The translations under genes were made by a program, and so were the position numbers. A stretch of DNA of 64,000 nucleotides from Betaproteobacteria bacterium (GTDB lineage Bacteria; Pseudomonadota; Gammaproteobacteria; Burkholderiales; Casimicrobiaceae): assembly GCA_003153475.1 (NCBI GenBank), contig PLYT01000045.1, positions 16,126 through 80,125 on the forward strand. Direction: 5' to 3'. Positions within the stretch are counted from its first letter, which is position 1. The number at the start of each line of letters is the position of its first letter. A model generated the notes under the pieces. That model did not search any database, was not told where the DNA came from, and was given only the letters and a program-made list of their open reading frames with translations. This document shows, piece by piece, positions 30,125 through 40,118 of the stretch.

Positions 30125-30847
30125 CTAAAGCCGGAAATGCTCTCCCAGATAGACCTTCCTAACGTTTTCATTATAAACAATTTCGTCCGGCGTTCCCGAG
30201 GCCAGGACGCGGCCCTCGTTGATGATGTAGGCGCGGTCGCAGATGCCCAGCGTTTCGCGCACGTTGTGATCGGTGATCATGACGCCGATTTCGCGTTCCT
30301 TCAGGAAGCCGATGATCTTCTGGATGTCGAGCACCGCGATCGGATCGATGCCGGCAAAGGGCTCGTCGAGCAGAATGAAGCGCGGCCTGGTCGCCAGCGC
30401 GCGCGCAATCTCGACGCGCCTGCGCTCGCCGCCGGAAAGGCTGACGGCGGAGGCATCGCGCAGATGCGAGATCGAGAGGTCTTCGAGAAGCGCGTCGAGA
30501 CGGTTGGCGATCTCGTCGCCGTCGATGCCCTGCAGCTCGAGGATCGCCTGCACGTTGTCGGCCACCGAAAGCTTGCGAAAAATCGACGCCTCCTGCGGCA
30601 GATACGACAGGCCCAGGCGCGCCCGCGCGTGAATCGGCATTCGCGTCAAGTCGTCGCCGTCGAGCTCGATCGTGCCGCCGTCCGCGGCGACCAGTCCGAC
30701 GATGATGTAAAAGCAGGTGGTCTTGCCGGCGCCGTTGGGTCCCAGCAGCCCGACGACCTCGCCGCTTCCGACCGCCAGCGAGACATCGTGCACGACGGTG
30801 CGCGACTTGTAGCGTTTATTCAGCGCGGCAACCGATAGCGTGCTCAT
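30125..30847 (-). CDS. lptB: LPS export ABC transporter ATP-binding protein LptB
   Basis: [39 protein letters not shown]; 240 aa from the ATG at 30847. Confidence 0.93.
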   Translation of the reverse strand: MSTLSVAALNKRYKSRTVVHDVSLAVGSGEVVGLLGPNGAGKTTCFYIIVGLVAADGGTIELDGDDLTRMPIHARARLGLSYLPQEASIFRKLSVADNVQAILELQGIDGDEIANRLDALLEDLSISHLRDASAVSLSGGERRRVEIARALATRPRFILLDEPFAGIDPIAVLDIQKIIGFLKEREIGVMITDHNVRETLGICDRAYIINEGRVLASGTPDEIVYNENVRKVYLGEHFRL

Positions 30848-30863
30848 TACGTTCGCCGCCGGC

Positions 30864-31559
30864 TCATTTGCCGGCGGCAGGGGCGATCTTGTCGTCGGGC
30901 TTGAGCGGAAGCGCGGGATTGGGCTTGGCGGCCGACGCTGTGCCCGCGCTCTTGGCGCTCTTGGCGTTCTTGCCGTCCTTCGCGTCCTTGGCATCCTTGG
31001 CGTCCTTCGATTCCGGCTGGAACACGCCGCGAACCCGCGCCCCGAGCGGCACTTCGCCGGTCGCGCCGGGTCCGCTGTCCGGGCGGCCTTCGGCCTTGAA
31101 GACCTCGGTCGCCGCGTCGTAGGAAATGTAGTTGCTGCGGATCTGGTCGCTGCCTTTTTTGAGCAGCGCGTTGTCGAACAGCTCGACGAAGCGCTTCTGT
31201 CCGTCGTACACGATGCGCTGGGCGAGGCCCTCGTAGTACTCGTCGACACCGTCGCGTTTCTCGCGGAATGTCACCGGATTGCCGTAGGCGATCGCCGACA
31301 ACGAGTTGTCCGGGTTCTGGTGGAACGTGATGCGATCGGCGTGAATCGACAGCGTGCCCTGCGTGACGACGACATTGCCGGAGAGCTCGCCGTTCTTGCT
31401 CTCGGCGTTGCCGCCGCCGGTATCGCCCTGGAAATTGATCGGTTTGTCCCGATCGGCTTTTTCCGCCCAGGCCGGCGCCGCGATGCCGAGACATAGGAGG
31501 GCGCAGCAAAGGTGCGCCAAGCCCGTGGCGAGCAGCATGCGCATCGGATGATCGATCAT
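30864..31559 (-). CDS. lptA: LPS transport periplasmic protein LptA, with a low-complexity Lys/Asp/Ala-rich C-terminal tail
   Basis: [12 protein letters not shown]...[21 protein letters not shown]...GNPVTF is the OstA fold. The tail reads [24 protein letters not shown]. The start is at 31559 or 31544. Confidence 0.85.
   Translation of the reverse strand: MIDHPMRMLLATGLAHLCCALLCLGIAAPAWAEKADRDKPINFQGDTGGGNAESKNGELSGNVVVTQGTLSIHADRITFHQNPDNSLSAIAYGNPVTFREKRDGVDEYYEGLAQRIVYDGQKRFVELFDNALLKKGSDQIRSNYISYDAATEVFKAEGRPDSGPGATGEVPLGARVRGVFQPESKDAKDAKDAKDGKNAKSAKSAGTASAAKPNPALPLKPDDKIAPAAGK
30975..31010. repeat. four imperfect 9-bp tandem repeats inside the lptA 3' region
   Basis: gtccttcgc gtccttggc atccttggc gtccttcga. 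On the minus strand this encodes the (KDA)n tract. Confidence 0.7.
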
Positions 31560-31563
31560 CGGC

Positions 31564-32166
31564 CTATTTCTGCTGGGGCTCAAATTGTCCGCTGACGCGC
31601 GACTTCAGCTTGACCGTCTTGCTCTTGTTGTCGTATTCCATCCCTGTCGCGCTGATTATCCCACGGGGGTCGGCGATCGTCACCGCCTTGTCGGTCACGA
31701 TCTTGTCCTCTTTCGGCATGACGAGCAGGTATTCGCTGGTGATCGTCGTGGGTCCATCGTGCGCGGTATCCGACGATGCGTCGCGCACCCCTTTGACGTG
31801 GCCGGTGAACACCACATGCTCGCGATCGCCGGCGACGCTCGCCCGGTCGGCGGTCACCGTCAGCCGCGGCTTGCCCGGATCGTTGAACGTGATCTGAGGT
31901 TCTTCGAGGTCGGTCGAGTCGTCGTCGGGATAGTGCCGCGCGATGCGGGCAACCAGGGCCTGGTGGACGCGGCCCTTGTCATCGAGGCTGGTCGCCTTGA
32001 AATTCTCGACGTAGAGATCGGGATCGTGCCTTCCGGAGCCGTCGAATTTGGGCTGCGGCGAACGCACCTGCGCATCGAGCCAGTAAGTCATTGCGACCAG
32101 CGCGCCAAGCAGCAGCGCCGGTGACCACGCGACTAGGCGGTCGAGCAGCGGTTGGCGGACATTCAT
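31564..32166 (-). CDS. lptC: LPS export system protein LptC
   Basis: N-terminal anchor LVAWSPALLLGALVAMTYWL, a 200-aa beta-jellyroll-like body, and a position between kdsC and lptA. Confidence 0.8.
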   Translation of the reverse strand: MNVRQPLLDRLVAWSPALLLGALVAMTYWLDAQVRSPQPKFDGSGRHDPDLYVENFKATSLDDKGRVHQALVARIARHYPDDDSTDLEEPQITFNDPGKPRLTVTADRASVAGDREHVVFTGHVKGVRDASSDTAHDGPTTITSEYLLVMPKEDKIVTDKAVTIADPRGIISATGMEYDNKSKTVKLKSRVSGQFEPQQK

Positions 32167-32693
32167 TGCGCGAATGCCTTCAGCATTGGCTCGAGCGCGC
32201 CTTGCGCGGCAAGGATGAGCTCGCAGAGCTCGCGCACGGCGCCGGCGCCGCCGTCGGCGCGGGTGACATAGTGCGCCGCCTCGCGCAGCGGCGCCGGGGC
32301 GTGCGGCACGGTCGCGCCGAGTCCGCAGCGCATGATCACTCGCAGATCCGGCATGTCGTCGCCGATGTGCGCGCAATCCTGGGCGTCGACGCGGAGCTGC
32401 AGTCGCAGCCGCTCCCAGGCGGCGAGCTTGTCATCGACGCCCAGCACGACGTGCGTTACGCCCAGGTCTTCGGCGCGGCGCGTCACCGCCGGCGCGCGGC
32501 TGCCGGAAATCCAGGCGACAGTCATACCCGCTTCCTGCAGCATTTTCAGGCCCAGACCGTCCAGCGTCGAGAATGCCTTGAGCTGGCTGCCGTCGGCTGC
32601 GTAGTAGATCTTGCCGTCGGTCAGCACGCCGTCGACGTCGCACGACAGAAGCCGGACGCGTCGCGCGCGGCCGTCGAGGTCGGCCTGCTTCAT
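32163..32693 (-). CDS. kdsC: 3-deoxy-D-manno-octulosonate 8-phosphate phosphatase KdsC
   Basis: VRLLSCDVDGVLTDGKIYY...DGLGLKML...IGDDMPDL. The ATG overlaps the kdsD stop (ATGA). Confidence 0.9.
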   Translation of the reverse strand: MKQADLDGRARRVRLLSCDVDGVLTDGKIYYAADGSQLKAFSTLDGLGLKMLQEAGMTVAWISGSRAPAVTRRAEDLGVTHVVLGVDDKLAAWERLRLQLRVDAQDCAHIGDDMPDLRVIMRCGLGATVPHAPAPLREAAHYVTRADGGAGAVRELCELILAAQGALEPMLKAFAQ

Positions 32694-33718
32694 ACGACCT
32701 TGGCCCGGAAAAGATCGTGCATGTGCAATGCGCCGACGAGCTTGCGCTCGCCGTCGACGACCAGCAGCTGACTGACCTTCGGCGGCGTCTCCATCAGCTC
32801 GACGCAGTCTATCGCCAGCAGGTCGGCGGCAATCGTGCGCGGATTGCGGGTCATCAGCTCGCTCACTCGCGCGGCGCTGAAGTCGCGCACGCGTCCCAGG
32901 CTGCGACGCAAATCGCCATCGGTGAAAATACCGGCAACGCGCTCTTCGCCGTCGACGACCGCGGTCATGCCCATGCCCTTGCCGCTCATCTCGACGACCG
33001 CGTCGGCGAGCGAGGCATCCGCGGCTACGACCGGCAAGGCAGCGCCGACGCGCATGACGTCGCGCACGCGCGTCAGCAACCGTCGTCCCAGCATGCCGCC
33101 CGGATGCGAGCGGGCAAAATCCTCGACCGAAAAGCCGCGCGCATCGAGCACCGTCAGAGCGAGCGCGTCGCCCAGCGCCAGCGCGGCGGTCGTGCTTGCG
33201 GTCGGCGCGAGTCCGAGCGGACAGGCTTCGCTGTCGACGCTGGCATCCAGATGAACGTCGGCCGCCTGGGCGAGCGACGAGTGTTCGTTGCCGGTCAGCG
33301 CAATCAGCTTGGCGCCCTGGCGCTTCAGATGCGGGATCAGCAATACCAATTCGTCGGTTTCGCCGGAGTTCGACAGCAGCAGCACGACGTCGTCGGTGGT
33401 GATCATGCCCAGATCGCCGTGGCCTGCCTCGGCGGCGTGGACGAAGAACGCCGGCGTGCCGGTCGAGGCCAGCGTGGCGGCGAGCTTTCGCGCGATGTGG
33501 CCCGACTTTCCAATGCCGGTGACGACGACGCGGCCTCGGCAGCCGTAGATCGCATCGGCCGCGGCGACGAAGGCATCGCCCAGCCGATGCTGCAACACGT
33601 CGATCGCCATCGCCTCGGTCGCGAGCACGCTGCGGCCGAGCGCGAGCGCCCGGCCGGCGTCGACGCCGGGCGCGGCGGCAGGCGCGGCCGGGGCGTGTGC
33701 GCGGATCGGCGTCGGCAT
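32690..33718 (-). CDS. kdsD: arabinose-5-phosphate isomerase KdsD (SIS + tandem CBS)
   Basis: VVVTGIGKSGHIARKLAATLASTGTPAFFVH..EA.HGDLGM...LLLSNSGET and C-terminal CBS pairs. Confidence 0.92.
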   Translation of the reverse strand: MPTPIRAHAPAAPAAAPGVDAGRALALGRSVLATEAMAIDVLQHRLGDAFVAAADAIYGCRGRVVVTGIGKSGHIARKLAATLASTGTPAFFVHAAEAGHGDLGMITTDDVVLLLSNSGETDELVLLIPHLKRQGAKLIALTGNEHSSLAQAADVHLDASVDSEACPLGLAPTASTTAALALGDALALTVLDARGFSVEDFARSHPGGMLGRRLLTRVRDVMRVGAALPVVAADASLADAVVEMSGKGMGMTAVVDGEERVAGIFTDGDLRRSLGRVRDFSAARVSELMTRNPRTIAADLLAIDCVELMETPPKVSQLLVVDGERKLVGALHMHDLFRAKVV

Positions 33719-33849
33719 GCGGCCAGTATACCGTCACTTAGAAGGGGCACGCTCTGTGCTACATTCGCACGGCGCTCGCGCGGTGCCGGGCGGGCCGGTC
33801 GCTAGCGCGCATCGTCGTCTCGCGAGCCGCCGGCGCACCCGAAAAAAAG

Positions 33850-35814
33850 ATGACCCATACGCTGCAACTGATCCTGCTGTTGCTCGCCGCGTCGGTCGTC
33901 GCGGTCGTCCTTTGCCGGCTGGTGCGCCTGCCGCCGATCCTCGGCTACCTGGCGATCGGCATCGCGGTCGGACCGCACGCACTGGCCTGGGTGCCGGACG
34001 ACGCGAACGTGCGCGATCTGGCCGAATTCGGCGTCGTATTCCTGATGTTCTCGATCGGCCTGGAATTCAGTCTGCCGCAACTCAAGACGATGCGCCGCGC
34101 GGTGTTCGGCCTGGGGCTTGCGCAGGTGGCGATTACGACGCTGGTCGCAATGGTCGGCCTGCATTTCCTGCGCTTCAGCTGGCTAGCCGGGTTCGCGCTC
34201 GGCGGCGCGCTGGCGATGAGCTCGACCGCCATCGTGTCGAAATTGCTCGCCGAACGCTCCGAGCTCAACTCGTCGCACGGGCGCGACGTGATGGGCATCC
34301 TGCTGTTCCAAGATCTGGCGGTCGTCGCGTTCCTGATCGCGGTGCCGACGCTGGCCGAGGGCGGCGCCGATCTGTGGAAGTCTCTCGCGATCGCCGCGGG
34401 AAAGGCCGCCGTCGCGTTGACCGCGATCCTGTTCTTCGGACAGAAGCTGATGCACGGGTGGTTCTTCATCGTCGCCCGGCTGCGCTCGTCGGAATTGTTC
34501 ATGCTCAACGTGCTGCTGGTGACGCTCGGGCTCGCGGCGCTGACCGAGCTCGCCGGACTGTCGTTCGCGCTGGGCGCTTTTCTCGCGGGCATGCTGATCG
34601 CGGAGACCGAATATCGCTACCAGGTCGAGGAGGACATCAAGCCGTTTCGCGACGTCCTGCTCGGTCTTTTCTTCGTCAGCGTGGGCATGTATCTGAATCT
34701 GTCGGTCGTCGCCCAGCATCTGGGCTGGGTGCTGACGCTGCTGATCGGCCCGGTGCTGGCCAAGCTCGTCCTGGTCGTCATTCTCGCCAGAGCATTCCGC
34801 TCGCCGCTGGCAACGGCACTGCGCACCGGCTTCTATCTGGCGCAGGCGGGCGAGTTCGCCATCGTGCTGCTGGCGCTGAGCACCGATCTCCACATCCTGG
34901 ATTCGACGTTTCCGCAACTCGTGCTCGCAGCGATGGTTCTGTCGATGCTGGCGGCACCGTTCATGATCCAGCTGGCCGAGCCGCTGGTCCGCCGGATGAC
35001 CGCCAACGACTGGCTCGCCCGCGCCGCGCAGGTGACGCAGATCGCGGCGCGCACGATCTCCCGCCAGGATCACGTGATCATCTGCGGCTACGGACGCACT
35101 GGCCAGAATCTGGGGCGGCTGCTTGACGCCGAGGGCATACCGTTTCTCGCGTTGGACTCGGATCCGCAGCGCGTGGCCGAGGCGGCGGCCGACGGCAGCA
35201 ACGTCGTTTATGCCGACGCCGGCCGGCGCGAAGCGCTGACGGCGGCTGGATTACAGAAAGCGCGCGCGGTCGCAATCACTTTCGCCGACACCGCGATCGC
35301 GCTGAAAATCCTGCACCACGTGCAGCGTACGCGGCCCGAGGTTCCGGTGATCGTGCGCACGCTTGACGATTCCGAGCTCGACCGGCTGCTGAAGGCGGGC
35401 GCAGCCGAGATCGTGCCGGAGACGCTCGAAGGCAGCCTGATGCTCGCGTCGCATTCGCTGCTGCTGATGGGCGTCCCGCTCAACCGCGTGCTGGCGCGAG
35501 TCCAGGCGGTGCGCGAGAAACGCTACAGCATCTTCCGCGGCTTTTTCCATGGCGCGACCGATGCGGCAGACGCCGAGGACAACCTTCAGCCGCGGCTGCA
35601 TTCGGTGATGCTCAACGAGCGCTCGGCCGCGGTCGGCAAATCGCTCGCCGAAATCGCGTTGAACGGACGCGTCGAGATCAACAGCGTGCGCCGGCGCGGT
35701 GCACGCGCCGCCGCGCCGGCGCCCGATTTCCACTTCGAGGCGGGTGACGTCCTGGTGCTTTTGGGCAAGCCCGGCGACCTCGCATTCGCCGAGCGGCGAT
35801 TGCTTCGCGGCTGA
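33850..35814 (+). CDS. CPA2-family monovalent cation:proton antiporter with RCK (TrkA-N/TrkA-C) domains (KefB/YbaL-like)
   Basis: 13 predicted TM segments including ILGYLAIGIAVGP and EFGVVFLMFSIGLEFS, then HVIICGYGRTGQNLGRLL (Rossmann) and a C-terminal TrkA-C-like domain. Confidence 0.85.
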   Translation: MTHTLQLILLLLAASVVAVVLCRLVRLPPILGYLAIGIAVGPHALAWVPDDANVRDLAEFGVVFLMFSIGLEFSLPQLKTMRRAVFGLGLAQVAITTLVAMVGLHFLRFSWLAGFALGGALAMSSTAIVSKLLAERSELNSSHGRDVMGILLFQDLAVVAFLIAVPTLAEGGADLWKSLAIAAGKAAVALTAILFFGQKLMHGWFFIVARLRSSELFMLNVLLVTLGLAALTELAGLSFALGAFLAGMLIAETEYRYQVEEDIKPFRDVLLGLFFVSVGMYLNLSVVAQHLGWVLTLLIGPVLAKLVLVVILARAFRSPLATALRTGFYLAQAGEFAIVLLALSTDLHILDSTFPQLVLAAMVLSMLAAPFMIQLAEPLVRRMTANDWLARAAQVTQIAARTISRQDHVIICGYGRTGQNLGRLLDAEGIPFLALDSDPQRVAEAAADGSNVVYADAGRREALTAAGLQKARAVAITFADTAIALKILHHVQRTRPEVPVIVRTLDDSELDRLLKAGAAEIVPETLEGSLMLASHSLLLMGVPLNRVLARVQAVREKRYSIFRGFFHGATDAADAEDNLQPRLHSVMLNERSAAVGKSLAEIALNGRVEINSVRRRGARAAAPAPDFHFEAGDVLVLLGKPGDLAFAERRLLRG

Positions 35815-35912
35815 CGCGGTTACAAGTCGGTACACTCCCGGCCGCATGTCGTTGTTGCGTCGCGGCGAACGGGCTACAATCAATACCCTTCCCCGGATTC
35901 TCCACTGTTCCG

Positions 35913-36776
35913 ATGCCGGTCGCCGCTACCGCGGATTCGCATGCCACCCTGAGCCCGACGCGCCGGCTCGACCCCGCCGCGGCGGCGATCGAGCTCAAGG
36001 ATGTGTCGTTCGCCTACGACACGCGACTGATCCTGCGCGGGATCACGATGACGGTGCCGCGGGGAAAAATCGTCGCGATCATGGGCGCGAGCGGATCCGG
36101 TAAGACGACGATCCTGCGCCTGATCGGAGGCCAATTGAGGCCGAAAAAGGGCAAGGTGCTGGTCGGCGGGCAATCGGTCGCCGACCTCGAGCCCGATGCG
36201 CTCTACGCGCTGCGGCGCAAGTTCGGCATGCTGTTCCAGTTCGGGGCCCTGTTCACCGACATGACGGTGTTCGAGAACATCGCGTTTCCGATGCGCGAGC
36301 ACACCGACCTGCCGGAATCGATGATTCGCGACCTGGTGCTGATGAAGCTCAACGCCGTGGGCTTGCGCGGCGCCGCGCAGCTGATGCCGTCCGAGTTGTC
36401 CGGCGGCATGGGCCGCCGCGTTGCGCTCGCTCGCGCGATCGCGCTCGACCCGATGCTGGTCATGTACGACGAGCCGTTCGCCGGTCTCGATCCGATTTCG
36501 CTGGCGATCGTCGGGCAATTGATCCGACGGCTCAACGATGCGCTCGGCATCACCTCGATCGTCGTGACGCACGATGTCTACGAATCGCTGAAGATGGTCG
36601 ATTACCTTTATTTCGTTTCCGAGGGAAAAATAGTAGCGAGCGGGACGCCCGCCGAAGTGCGCGCCTCGAGCGACCCGTTCGTCCGACAGTTCGTCGATGG
36701 ACAACCCGACGGCCCGGTGCGCTTCCACTACCCGGCGCCGCCTTACCACAGGGCCCTGCTCGCCAATGTCGAGTGA
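35913..36776 (+). CDS. mlaF: phospholipid ABC transporter ATP-binding protein MlaF
   Basis: [36 protein letters not shown]. Followed by mlaE and mlaD. Confidence 0.9.
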   Translation: MPVAATADSHATLSPTRRLDPAAAAIELKDVSFAYDTRLILRGITMTVPRGKIVAIMGASGSGKTTILRLIGGQLRPKKGKVLVGGQSVADLEPDALYALRRKFGMLFQFGALFTDMTVFENIAFPMREHTDLPESMIRDLVLMKLNAVGLRGAAQLMPSELSGGMGRRVALARAIALDPMLVMYDEPFAGLDPISLAIVGQLIRRLNDALGITSIVVTHDVYESLKMVDYLYFVSEGKIVASGTPAEVRASSDPFVRQFVDGQPDGPVRFHYPAPPYHRALLANVE

Positions 36777-37578
36777 AGCGACAGGCGATCTGGTGCTGGT
36801 CCTGCGCCGGCTCGGCGGCACCGTTACCGGCGGCGTGGCGCGGCTGGGCTACATGGCGCGCTTCCTCGGCGCGATCCTCTGGTATACGCCGATGGCGCTG
36901 CGGCGACTGCACCTGACGGTGCGCGAAATCTATTTTTCCGGCGTCCTTTCGCTGGTGATCATCCTGATGTCGGGACTTTTTGTCGGGATGGTGCTGTCGC
37001 TGCAAGGCTACGAGGTGTTGCGCCGCTACAGCGCGCAGGAACAGCTCGGAATTGTGGTCGCGCTTTCGCTGGTGAAGGAACTCGGGCCCGTCATAGGCGG
37101 TCTGTTGTTTGCGAGTCGGGCCGGTTCGGCGATTACCGCCGAGATCGGCTTGATGAAGGCCACCGAGCAGTTGTCGGCGATGGAGATGATGGCGGTCGAC
37201 CCGATCGCCCGCGTCGTTGCACCGCGGTTCTGGGCCGGTGTGATTTCGATGCCGTTGCTTGCGGCGCTGTTCTCGGCGTTCGGAATCTTCGGCGGCTACC
37301 TGATCGGCGTCCGGGTGATCGGCATCGACGCCGGCGCGTTCTGGGGGCAGATGCAGGCAGGCGTCAATTTCTGGCCGGACATCACCAACGGCATCATCAA
37401 GAGCATCGTCTTCGGAGCCGCGGTGTCGCTGATCGCCGTCATCGAGGGTTACGATGCAAAGCCGACGGCGGAAGGCGTGTCCAGCGCGACGACGAGAACG
37501 GTCGTGGTGTCTTCGCTGGCGATACTCGCGCTCGATTTCGTGCTGACGGTGTTCATGTTCAGGGGAGTCGGTCTATGA
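36766..37578 (+). CDS. mlaE: phospholipid ABC transporter permease MlaE
   Basis: [45 protein letters not shown] is the MlaE signature. Confidence 0.9.
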   Translation: MSSEATGDLVLVLRRLGGTVTGGVARLGYMARFLGAILWYTPMALRRLHLTVREIYFSGVLSLVIILMSGLFVGMVLSLQGYEVLRRYSAQEQLGIVVALSLVKELGPVIGGLLFASRAGSAITAEIGLMKATEQLSAMEMMAVDPIARVVAPRFWAGVISMPLLAALFSAFGIFGGYLIGVRVIGIDAGAFWGQMQAGVNFWPDITNGIIKSIVFGAAVSLIAVIEGYDAKPTAEGVSSATTRTVVVSSLAILALDFVLTVFMFRGVGL

Positions 37579-38045
37579 ACCGTGCCGCGATCGACCTCTG
37601 GGTCGGTGTGTTCGTCGCGATCGGGCTGGGAGCGATTCTGTTCCTGGCCCTGAAGGTCGGCAACCTGCTGACGCTGGACCGCACGCCGAGCTATCGCGTC
37701 GAGGCGAACTTCGACAATATCGGCGGTCTGAAGCTGCGCTCGCCGGTGAAAGCCGCCGGTGTCGTCGTCGGCCGCGTCGAATCGATCCGGCTCGACCCGA
37801 AGACGTATGCGGCGGTGGTCACGATGCGCCTCGATCGCGACTACGAATTCAGCAAGGATACGATCGCCTCGATCAACACCTCGGGACTGCTCGGCGAGGT
37901 CTACGTCGGCCTTGATGCGGGAGGCGATACGGCGATGCTGAAAGACGGCGACCACATCGGCAAGACGCAATCGGCCGTCGTTATCGAGAAGTTGATCAGC
38001 CAGTTCCTGTTCGACAAGGCGGCACAAGGGGGCGCCGGCAAATGA
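37575..38045 (+). CDS. mlaD: outer-membrane lipid asymmetry protein MlaD (MCE domain)
   Basis: N-terminal anchor [19 protein letters not shown], then [32 protein letters not shown]. Its start overlaps the mlaE stop. Confidence 0.9.
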   Translation: MNRAAIDLWVGVFVAIGLGAILFLALKVGNLLTLDRTPSYRVEANFDNIGGLKLRSPVKAAGVVVGRVESIRLDPKTYAAVVTMRLDRDYEFSKDTIASINTSGLLGEVYVGLDAGGDTAMLKDGDHIGKTQSAVVIEKLISQFLFDKAAQGGAGK

Positions 38046-38161
38046 ATCGGTCCGCTCGGAGCATTGCCTCGGCGCTCGCGATCGCGTGCACGCTGCTCGC
38101 CGGATGCGCGGCGGCGCCCTCGCGCGACGATCCGTTCGAGCAGTGGAATCGCGCGATGTAT
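38042..38161 (+). pseudogene. mlaA: mlaA (vacJ) 5' fragment: first ~40 codons only
   Basis: [40 protein letters not shown] shows a lipobox plus the DPxExxNRxMY MlaA signature. Similarity ends at about 38161, where G+C drops. The reading frame runs on into unrelated sequence. Confidence 0.65.
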
Positions 38162-38227
38162 TCGGAGGGATTAACTAGAGCCTTTTCGGGTGACGATCGG
38201 ACGCTCCGATGGCGACGAGGAGAAATC

Positions 38228-38476
38228 GTGGCGAACAAACTCACCGAGCATCGGGGTTTCACGATCGAGGCTTCCTACTACATGGCAACCGGTCGCTTCG
38301 TGCCGACCGTCTTCGTTCGAAAGGATCGATCGAGCGCCGTTACTGAGATTCAGTTGACCCCTCCGTACCCGGATGGCGGTCCCGAGACGGAAAAAGAGGC
38401 ATTCGCCGCAGGCTTCGACCATGCCAAGGCATTGATCGATGGGCGCGTAGCAGGTATCGATGTGTCGAAGCTCTGA
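38228..38476 (+). CDS. hypothetical small protein (82 aa), possibly expressed on its own or as a fusion to the mlaA fragment
   Basis: GAGGAG-N6-GTG start. VANKLTEHRGFTIEASYYMATGRFVPTVFVRK...ETEKEAFAAGFDHAKALIDGRVAGIDVSKL. It is in frame with the mlaA fragment. No family recognised. Confidence 0.4.
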   Translation: MANKLTEHRGFTIEASYYMATGRFVPTVFVRKDRSSAVTEIQLTPPYPDGGPETEKEAFAAGFDHAKALIDGRVAGIDVSKL

Positions 38477-39101
38477 CGTGGCCCGGTTCTTCTTCGGACG
38501 CAACGTCTACACCGCGATCGGGGGCGGCGCCACGTCTGGGGCACTGGACCGTACTTCGCCTTAGCATCGTCCGTCTGAGAGACGCTCGTGTTCAGGTCAC
38601 GGTAATTACTGCTCAACGGAACGGCGCAAAGACCTGGTTTCAGCGATAGACATCGATGACTTTGGTCTAGTCGATAGACAAAACTTGGTTTATTTTCGCA
38701 AGCCACTCCGTTGGGATGCTCGCAGAGCACCGACGAAGTCTCGCTCTTTGCAAGATTCTACCCATGGACCGGTGCCGCGCACGTTGAAACGGCAATGTGC
38801 GGCGCATGCGTTTCATTGCCGACGATGTCCATCTTGTCGCCGATCAGGCGCGCATCGTATATGTGCGTCGCGCGCAACGTCGGCTGCTTGGGCGCTGGAC
38901 CGGACCCAAACGAAGGAGAGCTCGGACGGCGAAGGAGCCTTCTGATTCGATCATGGCTGGCCCCTCTCTTTGCTCGACGGGGACAAGTGCTGCCTATGAC
39001 ACTGAACTTCGGCACATTGAGCGTAAGGTCGAGCATGTCCTTATGAATTTAAGTATCATTCAGATTCAAGCCCTGCGGCGTTACCATCCATAGCGACAAA
39101 C

Positions 39102-40118
39102 ATGCCCGAGCGCGATATGGATCCGGCTGGACGTGTGCTGTTGACCGGGGCAACCGGTTTCGTGGGATCGGCGATCGTGCGTGCTTTGATCGCCGCAGGA
39201 TACCCGGTGCGCGCCCTCGTGCGCGTAACGAGCCCGCGTGGCAATCTGGCGGGACTCGAGATCGAGACGATCGAGGGTGACATTCGCGATGCGAACGCTA
39301 TCGCGCGCGCCATGTCAGGGGTACGCTTCGTCGTGCATGCCGCCGCCGATTATCGTCTATGGGCACGCGATCCCGAAGCAATCGTTCGTACGAACGTAGA
39401 GGGTACCCGAACGGTGATGGGCGCGGCGCTGGCCGCTGGCGTCGAACGCGTCGTGTATACCAGCAGTGTCGCCACGCTGGCCCTGCGCTCCGACGGACAA
39501 CCGGCTGACGAGACGATGCCGCTGGCCGAAACGGAGGCGGTCGGGACGTACAAGCGCAGCAAGGTCATTGCTGAGCGGCTGGTCGAGAAGATGATTCTGC
39601 GCGACGCGCTGCCGGCGATCATCGTCAATCCTTCGACGCCGATCGGTCCGCGCGACATCAGGCCCACGCCCACGGGACGGATCATCGTCGCCGCCGCCTG
39701 CGGACGCATGCCCGGGTTCGTCGACACCGGGCTCAATCTCGTGCACGTCGATGACGTCGCGGCGGGTCATGTGGCCGCGCTCGCGCATGGCAAGATTGGG
39801 GAGCGCTACATACTGGGCGGTGAGAACGTGTTGCTTGCGGACATGCTCCGCGATATCGCGCGACTCGTCGGACGGCGGCCGCCGCGATTCAAGCTGCCGC
39901 GTGCGCCGCTTTATCCACTCGCTGCCACGGCGGAGATGGTTGCCGCGCTGACGGGGCGCGAGCCTTTCCTGACGCTCGACGGCTTGCGCATGTCCAGGCA
40001 GCTCATGTACTTCAGCAATGCGAAGGCCGTGCGCGTACTGCACTTCCGTGCTCGTCCTTATGCCGAAGGACTGCGAGACGCTGTTGACTGGTTCCTCGGG
40101 GCAGGGTATTTGCGGTGA
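39102..40118 (+). CDS. hpnA: hopanoid-associated sugar epimerase HpnA (NAD-dependent epimerase/dehydratase fold)
   Basis: VLLTGATGFVGSAIVRAL Rossmann motif, the YKRSK catalytic motif, and a position directly upstream of hpnB. Confidence 0.85.
   Translation: MPERDMDPAGRVLLTGATGFVGSAIVRALIAAGYPVRALVRVTSPRGNLAGLEIETIEGDIRDANAIARAMSGVRFVVHAAADYRLWARDPEAIVRTNVEGTRTVMGAALAAGVERVVYTSSVATLALRSDGQPADETMPLAETEAVGTYKRSKVIAERLVEKMILRDALPAIIVNPSTPIGPRDIRPTPTGRIIVAAACGRMPGFVDTGLNLVHVDDVAAGHVAALAHGKIGERYILGGENVLLADMLRDIARLVGRRPPRFKLPRAPLYPLAATAEMVAALTGREPFLTLDGLRMSRQLMYFSNAKAVRVLHFRARPYAEGLRDAVDWFLGAGYLR

Noticed and set aside
38758-39036. Minus-strand 92-aa ORF in the low-GC junction, as a possible real gene (for example a toxin or antitoxin)
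   Set aside because: It has no RBS at its start. Only a ~25-residue stretch looks protein-like. It overlaps an equally unconvincing plus-strand ORF (38797-39093). It is treated as a decayed fragment until a database match says otherwise.
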